DNA of 63,831 nucleotides, the filler included, from Reclinomonas americana ATCC 50394 (taxonomy: Eukaryota), in NCBI GenBank assembly GCA_048213135.1. It is 11 parts of 4 records of this genome, joined end to end, with 100 filler letters (N's around TTAATTAATTAA, not from the genome) between each part and the next. Parts side by side here need not be neighbours in the genome. Positions count along the whole stretch, not along the records: positions 3,757 to 17,540 come from PS015013.1; positions 17,641 to 42,367 come from PS015013.1; 9 more parts are not named here. One strand, 5' to 3'. The notes under the pieces are model-generated. The model did no database searches, was not told where the DNA came from, and saw nothing but the letters and a program-made list of their open reading frames with translations. The translations under genes were made by a program, and so were the position numbers. Positions 12,601-28,524 of this stretch are shown here, piece by piece (the first letter of the stretch is position 1; every line of letters starts with the position of its first letter).

Positions 12601-12909
12601 GCCAACGCCTGTGTGGTCATGGACTCCACCAGTCGCTGGGTGACCATTCCATGTGCGTCGGCGCCGACCGACGTGGCTTGCCGCAACATCGATAACGATT
12701 TGGATTGGGTCGTGAGCAGTCGGTGAGCCGCGAGAGCACGCTTCCTCACAGTTTCCTGCTCCCTCACGCCCCGTTCATGGTACAGATCGTGCCCCGCCGG
12801 CTACGTATTCGACACGCCGGTCAGCGGCAAGCACAATCACGCGCTGTGGTTGGCCGCCACCACCTCGCAAAAGGCCACCGGAATTCTGCTGGCCTGGCGC
12901 ACCACCTGA
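9673..12909 (+). CDS. Secreted PI-PLC-X/PLC-like phosphodiesterase, tandem copy 2
   Basis: Same exon structure and motifs as copy 1, with an independent signal peptide MSRALLVGAVATAALLVML. Confidence 0.82.
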
Positions 12910-13078
12910 AGTTGGCTCTTCTTGCTTTCGTTGCCTTGTATACTTTGAGTAGCGCTCGCCAGTAGCCCGGCGCAGCTTCCCTTAATTGTCGTTGTCAGTA
13001 AACGCCGACGTCGCCACACATGCATGTCTCGTCGTGTCCCAATGAACTTCTTCCTTTCCTGCCTTACCTGTCTGCGCG

Positions 13079-13748
13079 ATGCTATTCCTTCGTCGTGCGC
13101 TGCCTCTCCTGTGTGCGCCAGTCGCCCGCATGCCGCTCTTGCTCTGCAGACCAGTGCCGACAATGCAACATCACTGCAGGTTCACTCGCACTCTCTTGCT
13201 CTCTCTATCCTGTGCCCTCTCACTCGCCATTGCAGCTTCTTCAGCAACATCAGTGCGAGTGGCAGTGAGAATGTGTCGGAGGCCGTTTTCCAGGAGGCTG
13301 CCGACACCACCATGCAGCACATTTTTGATGTGATGGATGTGGTCGGCGAGAAGTTGATCGACTTTGAGTTGGAGATGGCTGTTGCGTGGAATACTTTGGC
13401 GTTCCCCGGCCGGAGATACAGTGGCTGACACCCGTACGGGGCACAGATGGGAGTGTTGACCATGTCAGTTGGGCGAATCGGCACGTTTGTGATCAACAAG
13501 CAGAATCCCACGCGACAACTGTGGCTCTCGTCACCCATCAGGTCTCTCTCCCCCTCTTTCTCTGTCCCCTCCCCTCTCCCCTTATTCTGACTGACTTGGC
13601 GATGCCTCAGTGGTCCGTGGCACTACGGCCTCGATGTGGCAACGCAGCAGTGGCTGTGTACGCGTGACCAGCACAATCTCATTGAACGGCTACAACAGGA
13701 GCTCTCCGACGCTTGTCGCGTTCCGGTGCAGCTGGCTGAGGAGCAATG
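13079..13748 (+). CDS. FXN: Frataxin (CyaY family) with a mitochondrial targeting peptide
   Basis: MLFLRRALPLL... leader; FQEAADTTM, E|MGVLTMSVGRIGTFVINKQNPTRQLWLSSPI|SGPWHY, WLCTRD; 3 introns. Confidence 0.95.
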
Positions 13749-13778
13749 AAGCAGTGGCATAGACGGTGCACTCCCATT

Positions 13779-14854
13779 TTACATGCGTTTCCACCAGAAG
13801 ACCACCAGCAGCAGCAGCGTCACCAGCGCCATGGCAATGTACACAATCCACCGTTCCAAGAACTGCTGCCGGTCAATCAAGCGCAACAGTTGCGTGGATA
13901 TGCCGAGCGAGTTGAACATGTCGAGCACCTTGCGATAGGCCCCCTGCTCGACGCGGTGATCAGGATCGCATCGTGCTGCTGTCTTTCCACCCCCCACATC
14001 CACCCACCTTCAGCCTGTCGCCCTGCCTCTGCAAGTCGGTGAGCACATCGGCACCGGTATCGTGGATCTCACTCATCAGCTGCCTCGATCGTCGCAACGA
14101 CCCTTGCTCGTGCGTCAACTCGTCGATGCGCACCGACGTCTGCACCACATGTGAATCACCGAGCCGCCGAGAGAGACGAAGAAAGGAAGCTCGCACCTCT
14201 GCCCGCATGACCTCAATCTCTCGCCTCTCGTCGTCACGACGCTTCAGGCGCAACGCGAAGCGATTCATCGAGTCTGTCAGCTCCCGCGCTTCTTGCGTGA
14301 GATTGCGAATGAGACTGCATGCAGACCACACAAGTCAGTCTCGCCACAACACACTCGCAGTATGCATACACACAGACCCATTCCACTTGGCGGCGGCCGA
14401 CACCGACTCACGACGCGCCATCGCCTTCATATTCTCAATGCCGCGCGTGGCCGCGTCCAGCTTCTGTCTCAACAGCGCAGTCGACGACGGGAGCGACGAC
14501 TACGAGAGACCACAGTGAGTGAGCGCGTGGGTGTCGTGAAGAGGGGGCGAGCCACACCGATGAGCCACCAGCTGCCCACTCGACCACATGTCCATCTGCG
14601 TCGACAGTTGCAGCTGCTGCTGCTGCTTGTGACGATGCGTGTGACTCGTCGCCGTTGCGTGTGCTCTCCTCTCCGTGCCTCTCCAGCTCGGTCAGGCGGC
14701 GTTGCACTTCAGCGAGTGCGCGCTTCACGTCTTGGTACCTGATCAATGATGAGAGAAGTCGTTACAGCGTCGTGTGCGCATGTGCGCTCTCACACACTCT
14801 ATGTGTGTGTGCAGCACACACACGCGCGCGCAACTGAATGTCAAGAGCGCTCAT
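13779..14854 (-). CDS. GOSR2: Qb-SNARE, membrin/Bos1 (GOSR2)-like
   Basis: Helical N-terminus MSALDIQ|YQDVKRAL..., SNARE core EQGSLRRS...GADVLTDLQRQGDRLK|GAYRKVLDMFNSLGISTQLLRLIDRQQFLERWI and a C-terminal TM helix. Confidence 0.85.
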
Positions 14855-15024
14855 TTGTGCGTCGCCACTGTGTGTGCAACAAGAGCTCGATGTGTGCACT
14901 CAACACGTGGCTTGCAAGACTCGAGTAACGAAATGAACGAAATTGAGGAGATGCAGGCATAAGGACTTCCACATTGTACACCATCGATTGTGTGACGCGC
15001 CGCGTGGCTGCGAGATGCCTCTAA

Positions 15025-16187
15025 CTAGTCGCGCGCTGCGCGCTTCAGCATCGACGCATTGGCCGGCGCCGGTCGAGCGGCGCCGCCCTTCTTGCCGGGC
15101 GCCGCCTTGGAGGGATCGTACGAGGGCTTCAACCACGACTTGATCGGCACGTATCCACGCTTCCACATGTCTTGCAGCTGCGCGCGCAAGAAAGAGAGAG
15201 AGACTATACGTGAGCAAGCTCGTTGTTGTGCATGCATGTTGGTGCGCCGAACCTGCTTCTTCAGCGTCAATGCAAGCAGGATGAGGAAGTACAGCAGCAA
15301 GACGGGCCAGTACACCGGCACATCGGTGAGGTACGTCATTGTGGCCAGCAGTGCCAGCGCCGTCGACACAGCAATGTTTTGCCTGCCACGTCGTCAGCGG
15401 GGCTACAACAGCGCAACGAAAGGAGACAACGAAAGATGCACGCACCACAACTTGAACTCGGGGAGCTGTGGCGCGCGCGCGTAAACAGGTGTCAGCGTGT
15501 GAGGACCCAAGAGAGCGAGAGAGGGATGGGCGACGCGCACACCTGTCCAATGAATGGCCTGTACTCCTCATCGTTGGTCATTGGGAGCGTCGGACCCTCG
15601 TCGGAATCATCCAGTGGTGTCACGAAGCCAATGAGTGCGTTGAGGATGTAGATTCCTGCGTCGATCAAGTCGATCAGCACAAACACCACACCTTACCACA
15701 CCGACACACACAGCACAGCACACACCAAGCGCGTACGACACAATGTACCACCCAGAAGCCACCTGTCGATTGCACGTATTGATGAGCTTATTTCCTCTGC
15801 GCGTGTGTTGACTGCATGTGTGTGTGTGTGGCGACGCACCCACACACGAATGATGTAGAGCAGCACGAGAGTGCCGGCGACTGCCCATCGCTTGCCCACA
15901 TGCGGGTTCAATCGATCTAGCAGAATCTGCGCCTTGATCTTGAACGATCGCTTTAGCCTCTCCTGCAAGACGCACACACACGCAAAGAGAGCGCGCGAGA
16001 GGGAAGGAAGAGAAGAAACGCGTGAGAAAAAACATGCATTTTGGCGTGCGCGACTCTTTTTTTATGTTGCACATGTTCGACACACACATAAACACACACA
16101 CGCGCGCAGAAAACGGCAAGAAAGAAACGCAACAAGCAGAGGCAGTGCCTCGCTCTTCTCCTCGCCGCCTTGAATGCTGAAGCTCAT
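15025..16187 (-). CDS. RER1: Rer1 ER-retrieval receptor
   Basis: LLDR..PH...RW, GWYIVSYALG|IYILNALIGFVTP, EEYRPFI..PEFKLW, DVPVYWPVLLLYF, TLKKQ|LQDMWKRGYVP. Confidence 0.95.
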
Positions 16188-16331
16188 CGAGGCACAGTGC
16201 GTGCGTGTGCGTGTGTGAGAGTGATGAACGAAATTGCGGCGCGAGTTCTCCCGCGCTTTTTATGCTTACACTCACTCGCGCATTGTGTCGTGTGTGTGGT
16301 GTGCGGAGTGTGCGGAGTGTGTGTGTGCAAC

Positions 16332-19300
16332 ATGGGCGGCACCGTCAAGCTCCGCATCCATGAAGCTCGTTGCGTGCGTGGAGTCGCATGAACGCGCGTG
16401 TTTGTTGTGTGCCATGTCTCGCTCTTCTTCCTCTTGCTCTCTCTCTCTCTGTGCGCATGTATGTGTGTGGATGCAACGCTGCATGCAACTCACTGCTCTC
16501 TCTCTCTCTCTTTCTCTCTCATGCAGGCGACTTGCCTGTGATGGACTCGGCGACGGGCTTGGCGGATCCGTACGTCGAGATCCGCTTCTCGAGCTTTGCT
16601 GCNNNNNNNNNNNNNNNNNNNNNNNNNNNNNNNNNNNNNNNNNNNNNNNNNNNNNNNNNNNNNNNNNNNNNNNNNNNNNNNNNNNNNNNNNNNNNNNNNN
16701 NNNNNNNNNNNNNNNNNNNNNNNNNNNNNNNNNNNNNNNNNNNNNNNNNNNNNNNNNNNNNNNNNNNNNNNNNNNNNNNNNNNNNNNNNNNNNNNNNNNN
16801 NNNNNNNNNNNNNNNNNNNNNNNNNNNNNNNNNNNNNNNNNNNNNNNNNNNNNNNNNNNNNNNNNNNNNNNNNNNNNNNNNNNNNNNNNNNNNNNNNNNN
16901 NNNNNNNNNNNNNNNNNNNNNNNNNNNNNNNNNNNNNNNNNNNNNNNNNNNNNNNNNNNNNNNNNNNNNNNNNNNNNNNNNNNNNNNNNNNNNNNNNNNN
17001 NNNNNNNNNNNNNNNNNNNNNNNNNNNNNNNNNNNNNNNNNNNNNNNNNNNNNNNNNNNNNNNNNNNNNNNNNNNNNNNNNNNNNNNNNNNNNNNNNNNN
17101 NNNNNNNAATCATCAAAGTACTCCAAGCGAACTGCACCACACACGCCAGTCAGCCTCGCATACCATGCACATGCACATGCACGCATGTGTGTGCAACTCA
17201 CCCGACAAGTGGATCTCGCCACGCACACCCATCAGCGTATCATACAGCGGAAACCAGCCCTTGATCTGCGACGGAGCATCCAGCGGACTCGACACCAGCA
17301 CATCCAAGAAGAGCACCACCGAACCGACCGGATCATCACGCAACCGATCGCTATCCCACACCCTACTCACCACCGCCAATCAACACCAACGCACGAGCAG
17401 CAGCAACAAACAGCAAGCAGCCGCGCGAGTAACTTGATCTCCAGCGGACTGTCTTCCAGCGCCACATCGCTCGAGATCTCAAAGCGGAAGTCCTGATTCC
17501 ACACCGGCGACAGTGTCTTGCGCGCAATGCGTGTTCTCTCNNNNNNNNNNNNNNNNNNNNNNNNNNNNNNNNNNNNNNNNNNNNTTAATTAATTAANNNN
17601 NNNNNNNNNNNNNNNNNNNNNNNNNNNNNNNNNNNNNNNNACAATCCGTATCGCTTGACGTCGGCCGGCGTGCACTTTCGCACCTCGTCGATGTGGCCGG
17701 CGTTCACTGGCGAGGATCTGCGTGTCACCAAGGTGTATGGCTTGGTGGAGGACTTGTTGGCGCAGGAGGATCCGGAGCACACGTTTATGGAATCGTTCCG
17801 CACCTCACGCACCTCCAACGAGGCTCGCCAGACGACGCTAGAGGCCATGGCCGGAATGCTGCGGCGGCACATTGGTCGGAAAGTGCAAGGTACGTCTCCT
17901 CACACCCGGGGTTCTCTTGTGCGCCTGTCACTCACTCGTTGCTTGCGCAGAACTCGGCGGCAATGCTGTCCTCGGATTCCGCATCGAGTTCGATCTGCAA
18001 TCGGAGCTCAGCGTGGTGATTGCACGCGCGCAGGGCACAGCTGCTATTCTGGAAAAGGTTCGTGGTCGAAACTCACTTGAACACACACATACGCGCGCGC
18101 ATGGTGCCTCCGTCTCACACGCACATCGGCACACAGAGTGAATCGTCGAGGTCAGCGTCGCCTACTCGCCTGTCGTCGCCGACGTCGCCCACATTGTCGC
18201 ATGCCATCTCGCCAACATTGCGTGCACTGGCTCCGCCATTTGCACTGTCGGGACCAGTGCCGTTGGGTCAGAGTCTCGACTCGTACGGTCGGCGAGACTT
18301 GCTGCGCGACTCCCCATCAAGTCCGGAAGAGGGTGGCATTCCGATTGCTGTCGCAGTGGTTTCGTTTGCTCTCCCTCTCCTCTCTCTTCCTCCGTTTCAA
18401 TTCCTTTCTTAACCCGACAACGTTCTGGCGGCAGGCGCGCACCGGTAGCCCACGCTCGCGGCAGTCGCCAACATCTCCGACACCTGCTTCACCGTCGTCC
18501 TCTCGCAGACTTCGTGGATCGGTGAGCTGAACGGCAGTTGATATGCACATTGCATGTGCCATGTGTGCTGACTCGACGAGCTCGGCACGCAGTTCCTCAG
18601 CAGCAGTGGTGGTGCCGGCGGAGGCATTTTGGAGGCGGCAAAACAGTTTGGTGTCATGGACCCCAGCTCGTACCCGCCGCCGTTTGACGCGTCAGCGGTG
18701 CTGCCGCCACCATTGGTGACCAGGGCTATCAGCAGCGGTCACTTGCCTCTGGGAGAACACGGAACGGGTGGCGGCAGTGCCACGTTGCTTCCTGTTGCTG
18801 CCGGTGCGGCTGGCGGAACAGCAGCCGCGCCTCTGTCGAACAAGAAGCGTCGGAAGAAGAAAACTGTCAGCGCAGACTCCGCAGCAGGTGCAGTGCTCTC
18901 ATGCGCACATGCATACACGTATGTGTGCGCCTGTAGTGGACTTCTCACCACGTGATTTTCCGCGGTGCAGTTCAGCGCGATCCCTCCACCGCCACCATCG
19001 GCCGCGTTCGACCTCGGAAGCGATTTTCGCGATCACTGTGGGGATCCACGCGACCGCGACGAGAGGTGGACTTGTTCACGTTGACAGAGTTGCCGGCGCA
19101 GGCCATCGAGCAATTTGGCGGCGTGGTCATGGTGAGCAGCACGGGTTAATGTGTGTGATTCAGTCGAGTGGCTTTCTCAATTGCACACTTCGGTGCAGTC
19201 GCGTGCGGTGAAACTGCTGCCTGATGCCCGTCGCACCGGCCAGTCCATCCAGGACACGGAAGACGCGTGGTGGAATGAGCTTCGTGAGGAGGTGCAGAGT

Positions 19301-22068
19301 CACTGTCGTGCCCTGAATTGCACGCATGTGATTGGCTACACGGAGGCGTGTGTGGTTCACGACGGTGCGCATTTGTCTGCTGCTTGAGGGGAAGCGCCAA
19401 TGACGCTGACACGATTGATGCAATATGCAGATATTGCCGTGCTCACGGCCACCGGCACCGCCTGTGTGGTGGACGAGGAGCGAGCATTGCGTGCACTGCG
19501 ACATACTCGTCGTTGCGTGAGGCCGCCACGCACACATAGAGACAAGGAATATCGTGATTGGCGACTAATATCGATGTGCTGTCTCGTCTCTCTCTCTCTC
19601 CCTCTCCTTTCGCAGGGAGTGCATGTCATTATGCGCACGTTCCGTTCAGGAAACGAGACCGACCGTACCATATGAAGTTGCAGCTGTGTCACGTGTGCGG
19701 AAAGAAGTACGTGCCCGACATTATCCTGTCGACATCCGCGTTGCCGCATAGTGTTGCGTCGCGACTCCACGTCTGTCATGTCCTTCCGCGCAGGCGCTGA
19801 ATCGATGTTGCCCCCACCTCACAGTACAGCATCAAGGGCACTGGCCAGTTGCTGGAGGTTCGTGTGTCGCGCAGACTACGACGATCAACTGGCGAGAACC
19901 GTGCCGCCGAGATCAGTGCCTCGCTGCCGTTCTTGGAGTACGACATGCACCAACAGCTCATGAACAAGCTGCGCGTCGGTGGCATGAATGCCGTCTTCTC
20001 GCTCAAGTTCCAGGTGGCATTTTGTGAGCACACCATTAGTGCCATTGCGACTGGCACAGCAGTTGCGTTGTCGCCGTTTCTGCTGATGTCTGAGATGAGA
20101 ATGCGTCGCGTGACCACGCCATGAACAGGTGTTCATGTGCGCTCTGCCACCACCGCAAGTGTTGGCGATTGAGCGCATAAGTACAACCCTGAGTCGGGCG
20201 CCGAATATTGCGCAGATCGTGGCGCACGTGCAGGCCATGAGCGAGCATAATGTTGCGTCTGCCTGCGTGGTGTTCCCGCTGTAGTCAGTGCTCTCACATT
20301 CCTTTTCTGCAGCACGATGTTTGGCAAGATATGCCGGTGCTGGAAGCCCCGTCGGCGGTTCGTGAGGGAGTAGGGCGTACTTTTTATCGCCAGCTCATCC
20401 TGCTACCCCTCTCACCCCCCATTCATCTCACCAGGATACGGACGAGAGCGGAACAAGTGAATCAGCAGGCGAAAGTACAGGATCGGAGGGTTCCAGGTCG
20501 GTTTCTTCAATCTCTTTCTGTAATCGCCACTACTCGCTGGCTGAGCCGAGGTGTCGCCGTGCAGTTCGTCTACGGAATCGATTGACTCGGACGCGCGCCC
20601 CGATGGCGATGGTCGACCTGCTTTTGTTATGCAGGTACGTCACAACGCCCTTTTGTAGCTGCACTTGGATATACTCGCCCTCATCATGCGAACAACATTC
20701 GCAGCTTGACGACTCGACAGATGCCGATAATCTTGCCTGCTTGTTGGACGTGCTTCCGCCGCCCATAAAGCAAATTCCGCACGAGGTGTACGGCAGCTTC
20801 TACTCGCCGGCCACTCGGCAAGGGCTGGAGTCGGGTGGCGGTGGGCGCACACCACCACTGCAAATGTACGATCCGGAATGTTTCCTGTCGACGACCGAGT
20901 CGGTGCCTGGACTGCGATGTGCGCCGCTGTTGGACGCACAGTACGTGACGATTGTGAGGAGGTATCCGTACACTGGTGCTCTGCCTGGTCCGAATCAGGA
21001 TTTGAGTGCCTGTCTCACGGATGCCTATGGATACATTCGTTTCAAGGTGAGGAGCTGCAGTGTCCAGTGGTGGAGTTTGTGATGTAGTTTCTCACACGTC
21101 AGTGCAGGCTCTGAGTTTATTCCACACATCTGCGGCCAGTGGTCTGGATGTGGACGTGTCGTTTGTGTCGGAGCACTTTATTCAAGTGATTGTGTCTGGC
21201 ATGCTGTCGGCCTACGATGCCGAGGTTTGTGTGTGACGATGCTCTCTCCCGCAACCGAGTCAACAATAGACTGAATTCTTTTTCGTTGCTGTGCAGGAGG
21301 TGCAACAGTGTCTGGGTGGTCGCATGTTGCCGCCGGCGCAGCCGCAGCATGTGCCAGAGAGTCGGCCGACTGCGCGTAGCGCTGGCGGTACGCCTCTGCT
21401 CCAGTCGACCCCCTCGGTCGTGCCGGCCGCTGAAGCAGACGACGAGCTGTTGTTCCAGTTTGAGACGGCGACCACCATTGGGACGGCCGGGGCGCCCGGA
21501 GCCGCCGCCGCACGACGTGAGTAAGTTTCTCGGCTATAGAATACCATGCATGCATTTCTGACGCCTGCTGCACTGCAGACCACTCCATGCTAGAAGTTGG
21601 TACGTACGACGACGACTCCAGCCGTCTCGGCTCCAAGGTGGCCGTGGAGCACGTGTACATGAGCAATCTCGGCCAATGCACCGGTGAGTGAGCGGCTAGT
21701 GCGCCAAGCATGCTGCGCCTTGACCGCTAACTGCCACACGCACAGGCTCCACCATCATCCGCAACTTTGGTCGCATGGGCCTGCAGATTGTGCGCGAAAC
21801 CTCGTCGCTGCGCGAAATGGGCGGCCACGGTGGCTTCCTGCACACGGTCATTAGCGACGCCTACTCGATGCTGCAGTCGCGCGCACGGAGCATTGGTGCC
21901 AACGCCGTAATGTCCATCCGCCTCGAATCCCTGCGCATTGTCGACAATATTGTGCGCAATCAGGCCTACGCGCTGCTCTCTGTGGCCGGCGACTGCGTGG
22001 AGCTGTACTCAAGTAGTGGGAACGATGTGGTCGGTGATATGCTCTCGCGCACGCAGTACGTCATCTGA
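16332..22068 (+). CDS. C2CD5: C2 domain-containing protein 5 (C2 plus YbjQ-like repeats); spans a gap, an inverted sub-contig (17109-17540) and a scaffold linker
   Basis: MGGTVKLRIHEAR|DLPVMDSATGLADPYVEIRF; KTLSPVWN; GWFPLYDTLMGVRGEI; DPEHTFMESFRTSRTSNEARQ; LGGNAVLGF; SRAVKLL; WWNELREEV; CHVCGKKYVPDIILST; LPFLEYDMHQQLMNKLRVGGMNAVF; VRETSSLRE...GANAV. Confidence 0.93.
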
Positions 22069-22195
22069 CAATGCCAACACTGGAAGGAGAAAAAAGTACA
22101 CGTGGTTCCAGATTGATTCGCGCCGTCGTCCTGTCGTCTGCTCGTCACAGCGCGTTTCACGTTCTTCAGTCGTCCTTGAGAGCATACGTAGAGAG

Positions 22196-24353
22196 ATGAT
22201 GCGTTCAACTGCCGTGTTGCTCCTGGTCGCCATGACCGTGGGCGCTCTCATGGCCATGATGGTGGTGGCCTCTAGCCCGCTGGCCGACTATCCCGCCGGC
22301 TATCAACTGCGCAATGTGCAAGTGGTGATGCGCCACGGAGCGCGGTGAGTGTGACAAGAGGGATGGTAAAGAGAGAGGAGAAGGCCAGGGAAGGTGCTCA
22401 CACGTGCACACGAGCGCATTCCTCTCTCTCTCGCTCACACACACACACACACACTTCCTCTATCTCACACGCATCTCTCTCATCACACGCAGCACACCCA
22501 TTGACCCGGTGGTGCCACCTGCGTACCAGCAAGAGTGGGACTGCAAGATGCATCTGGCTGGCATCACCTCCCATGATGATTCGTCAGTACAAAGTTTCGT
22601 GTGTCTGTCTCCTCCCGTACTTGCCACTCATACGCAGCAACTCATGCACTCGCACAGCGGTCGATCGTCTCTACCGCAAGGTGTACATGTCAGACGTGGA
22701 ACTGCAGCGCGGAAACTGTGGTGCAGGTATTGTTGGCACACATCCATTGCTGCTTCTTTGCTGCGTGTGCTAACCAACGGGCGCGCCAGGCATGTTGACC
22801 AGCACGGGTGCCGCGCAGCAGTTCGCGCTCGGGTCGACCTTGCGTGCCGTGTACGTGGATCAGTTGGGTTTCTTGCCGCCGACGTACGACCCGTCGGTGG
22901 TCTACATTCGCTCCACCGATAGTGCGTGCTTGCGTGTGAGCTCCTTGTGACTGCACTCCATGACCTCACTCTTGTTGCTGGCTGGCTGGCTGGCTGGCTG
23001 GGCGCAGTTCAACGCACGCAAGAGTCCGCCATGAACCACATTGTGCGTTTGCTGATATTCGTTCTGCGCTCACTTTCTGTGATCGAGCTCACCACTCACT
23101 GCTCGCAGTACGGCCTCTACCCACCGTCCTCGCGGTCTGGCGTCGCGACCACGGAGATGCTCAACATTAACACGTGTGATTTGGGCAACGACATTNNNNN
23201 NNNNNNNNNNNNNNNTCGCTGATACGACACAACGTGGGAGGAGGCGACGCACCGTGTAAAAGTAGTTGACCTCGAACGTGGCGGCCTCGTTGAGTGTCTG
23301 CGTGGTGGCGGCATCGACAGCCGGCGGCATCGGCAACTTTTCGGCGTCGAGGCACTGCACGAGGCTGAACGAGCTCGCCCAGTCCCACTTGGCGGTCGAC
23401 GGAATCTGCCACTGCTGCTTCAAGCGCAGCTCCAGCGGGCGCACCTGGTTCATGTAGTTCACGTATGTTGTCGTGTTGCGCAGACGCTCCATCTCTGCCA
23501 CACGCACACACACACACACACAGACAGTGAGGCGGTCGCAGCACCACGACGAGAGAGAAACGCATGCAGCATACGCACCACTGCTGAGTGCCGGGCACGA
23601 CTCGGGATGCGCCAGCAGNNNNNNNNNNNNNNNNNNNNNNNCGCTCGTGGACTCACCACGTTTGTGTGTATGTGTGCGCGAAGACCACCCTCGCCCGTCG
23701 TCTCGGATTCGGACGCCTTCTGAGTGTGCTTCTCGGCAACATGCGTGGCGCGCAGAACGGACGCAACCAGTACAAGGCATGTTGTCGGAGCCAGGGGAGA
23801 GTCGTGTGTGATTTCTTACGGCTTTCTTACCCAACCGTGCCCCCACAGTACCAACTCTACAGCGCACATGACACCACGGTGGCGCCGCTGCTGGCCTCGC
23901 TCTCCGTGCCGTGCAGCACTTGTGAGTCGTCGTGCACGCCTGTATCCGTGTGATGGCCAGCGGTGCTCATTTACTTGAACACAGATCCTCCGTTTGCGGC
24001 GAACGTTCGGCTGGAGACCTTTACGAATGCGACCAGTTGCGTGGCAAGCGAGGAGAAGAAACGATGCGATCGCATACTGACACGACGCTTGCACCATGCA
24101 GACAACTGGTTTGTGCGTGTGCTGTACCAGGGCGCACCGCAGGTGGTGCCCGGGTGCCCGAGCGAGTTCTGCCCGCTCGACACGTTTGCCTCTATCGTAC
24201 AGCCGGTACGCCAATGAGCTGCTTGGTTGTGCGTGCGGGCTGGTCTCACTGAACGCGACAATGCAGTTGATCCCGACCAACTACGCCGCCGAGTGCTCCA
24301 TGCATGGCCGCCACTACGCTCACGAGCATGATGCCGCCACTCATCGTGCGTAA
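22196..24353 (+). CDS. Secreted/lysosomal histidine acid phosphatase (branch 2); middle exons on inverted sub-contig 23216-23618
   Basis: Signal peptide, VQVVMRHGAR|TP (RHGxRxP), G|MLTSTG, IRSTD..RTQESA, YSAHDTT, PPFAA, CPLDTF. Confidence 0.92.
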
Positions 24354-24609
24354 CTTGCACCATGGCAATATCGTTGCATATGTGTGTATCACTCACTTGC
24401 TTCTCACAGCGTGGACACCGATGGAAGGCGAGGAGCTGGTGGCGTGGGCGTAGAGAGGGAGGAGTACTGGCTTGGTTTCTCACAAAGTACAAGTTTGTTT
24501 TGTTTTCATTACCACATGCGTGTGTGTAAGGTTGTGAGTGTGTATGTGTTTCTCTGCATCATCGCGTGCGTTCTCGCGCGCGCGGGGAAAGCTGCTGAAA
24601 CGTGTCGTC

Positions 24610-24926
24610 TCAGATGTCTTGCGCAAACTCGAGCGGCTTGACGTCGACCGGCACGCTCATCTTTGCAATCACGCTCTTGGCACGACGGCGGCCATTGATG
24701 GCCTGCGAGATGGGCGACAGCACCGAGTCGGTGGGTGAGTGCACGGCCAGTCCGGCCTTCTTGTTGTGCACGGCCCTAAAGAGGAGGAGTGAGCAATCAA
24801 GGGGAGTGAGAGAGAACGAGAGAGGAAGAGGGAGTGTGTGCGCAACTTCTTGATGGCCTCGACTGAGGGGTTGCGCGCAAAGGTGATCTTGCCGTTGGCG
24901 GGGGGCGGGGAGAAGACGTTTTCCAT
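24610..24926 (-). CDS. Small basic protein with a Spo12-like motif (2 exons, ~82 aa)
   Basis: MENVFSPPPANGKITFARNPSVEAIKK|AVHNKKAGLAVHSPTDSVLSPISQAINGRRRAKSVIAKMSVPVDVKPLEFAQDI*; SPTDxxLSP[C/I]S resembles the Spo12 signature; intron GTTGCG...TTTAG. Confidence 0.65.
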
Positions 24927-25295
24927 GATTGACGAAAAGAAGAAGAGGGACGAAGGAGAAATCGAGTTGTCTTCTCTCGCGATAAGCAACAAAAATGCAG
25001 TTTCGGAACGGTCACCTGGCGCGTGCTTTCTTTGCAAATCTCCGGCACTCGCCCTCCGTATACAGTGCGACGTGGCGATGACGAGGGCATGGAGTACGAG
25101 GTAGTGCGGTGCGTCAAGGATCTGCTGTTGCCCGACAATGGTCGAGGAGAGCACTTGCATTTGTCACGGTGATTGATATGACTGATACAGCCAATCCGGC
25201 AGCATGGTCACAGGTGACTTAGATAAAACAACCACCTTCACTAGTTTTCTAGGCAGGAGAGCCGATTGCTTCCTGCTGCATGCTTACACGCACGC

Positions 25296-28524
<3,229 letters not shown>

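Noticed and set aside
1-22068. Apparent cluster of membrane-trafficking genes (COPB1, GOSR2, RER1, C2CD5)
   Set aside because: Interspersed with unrelated genes and partly on different scaffolds; no evidence of a functional cluster
24930-25295. Possible SECIS element or selenocysteine TGA for TrxR
   Set aside because: No in-frame TGA in the terminal exon and no convincing AUGA/AA/GA SECIS core seen
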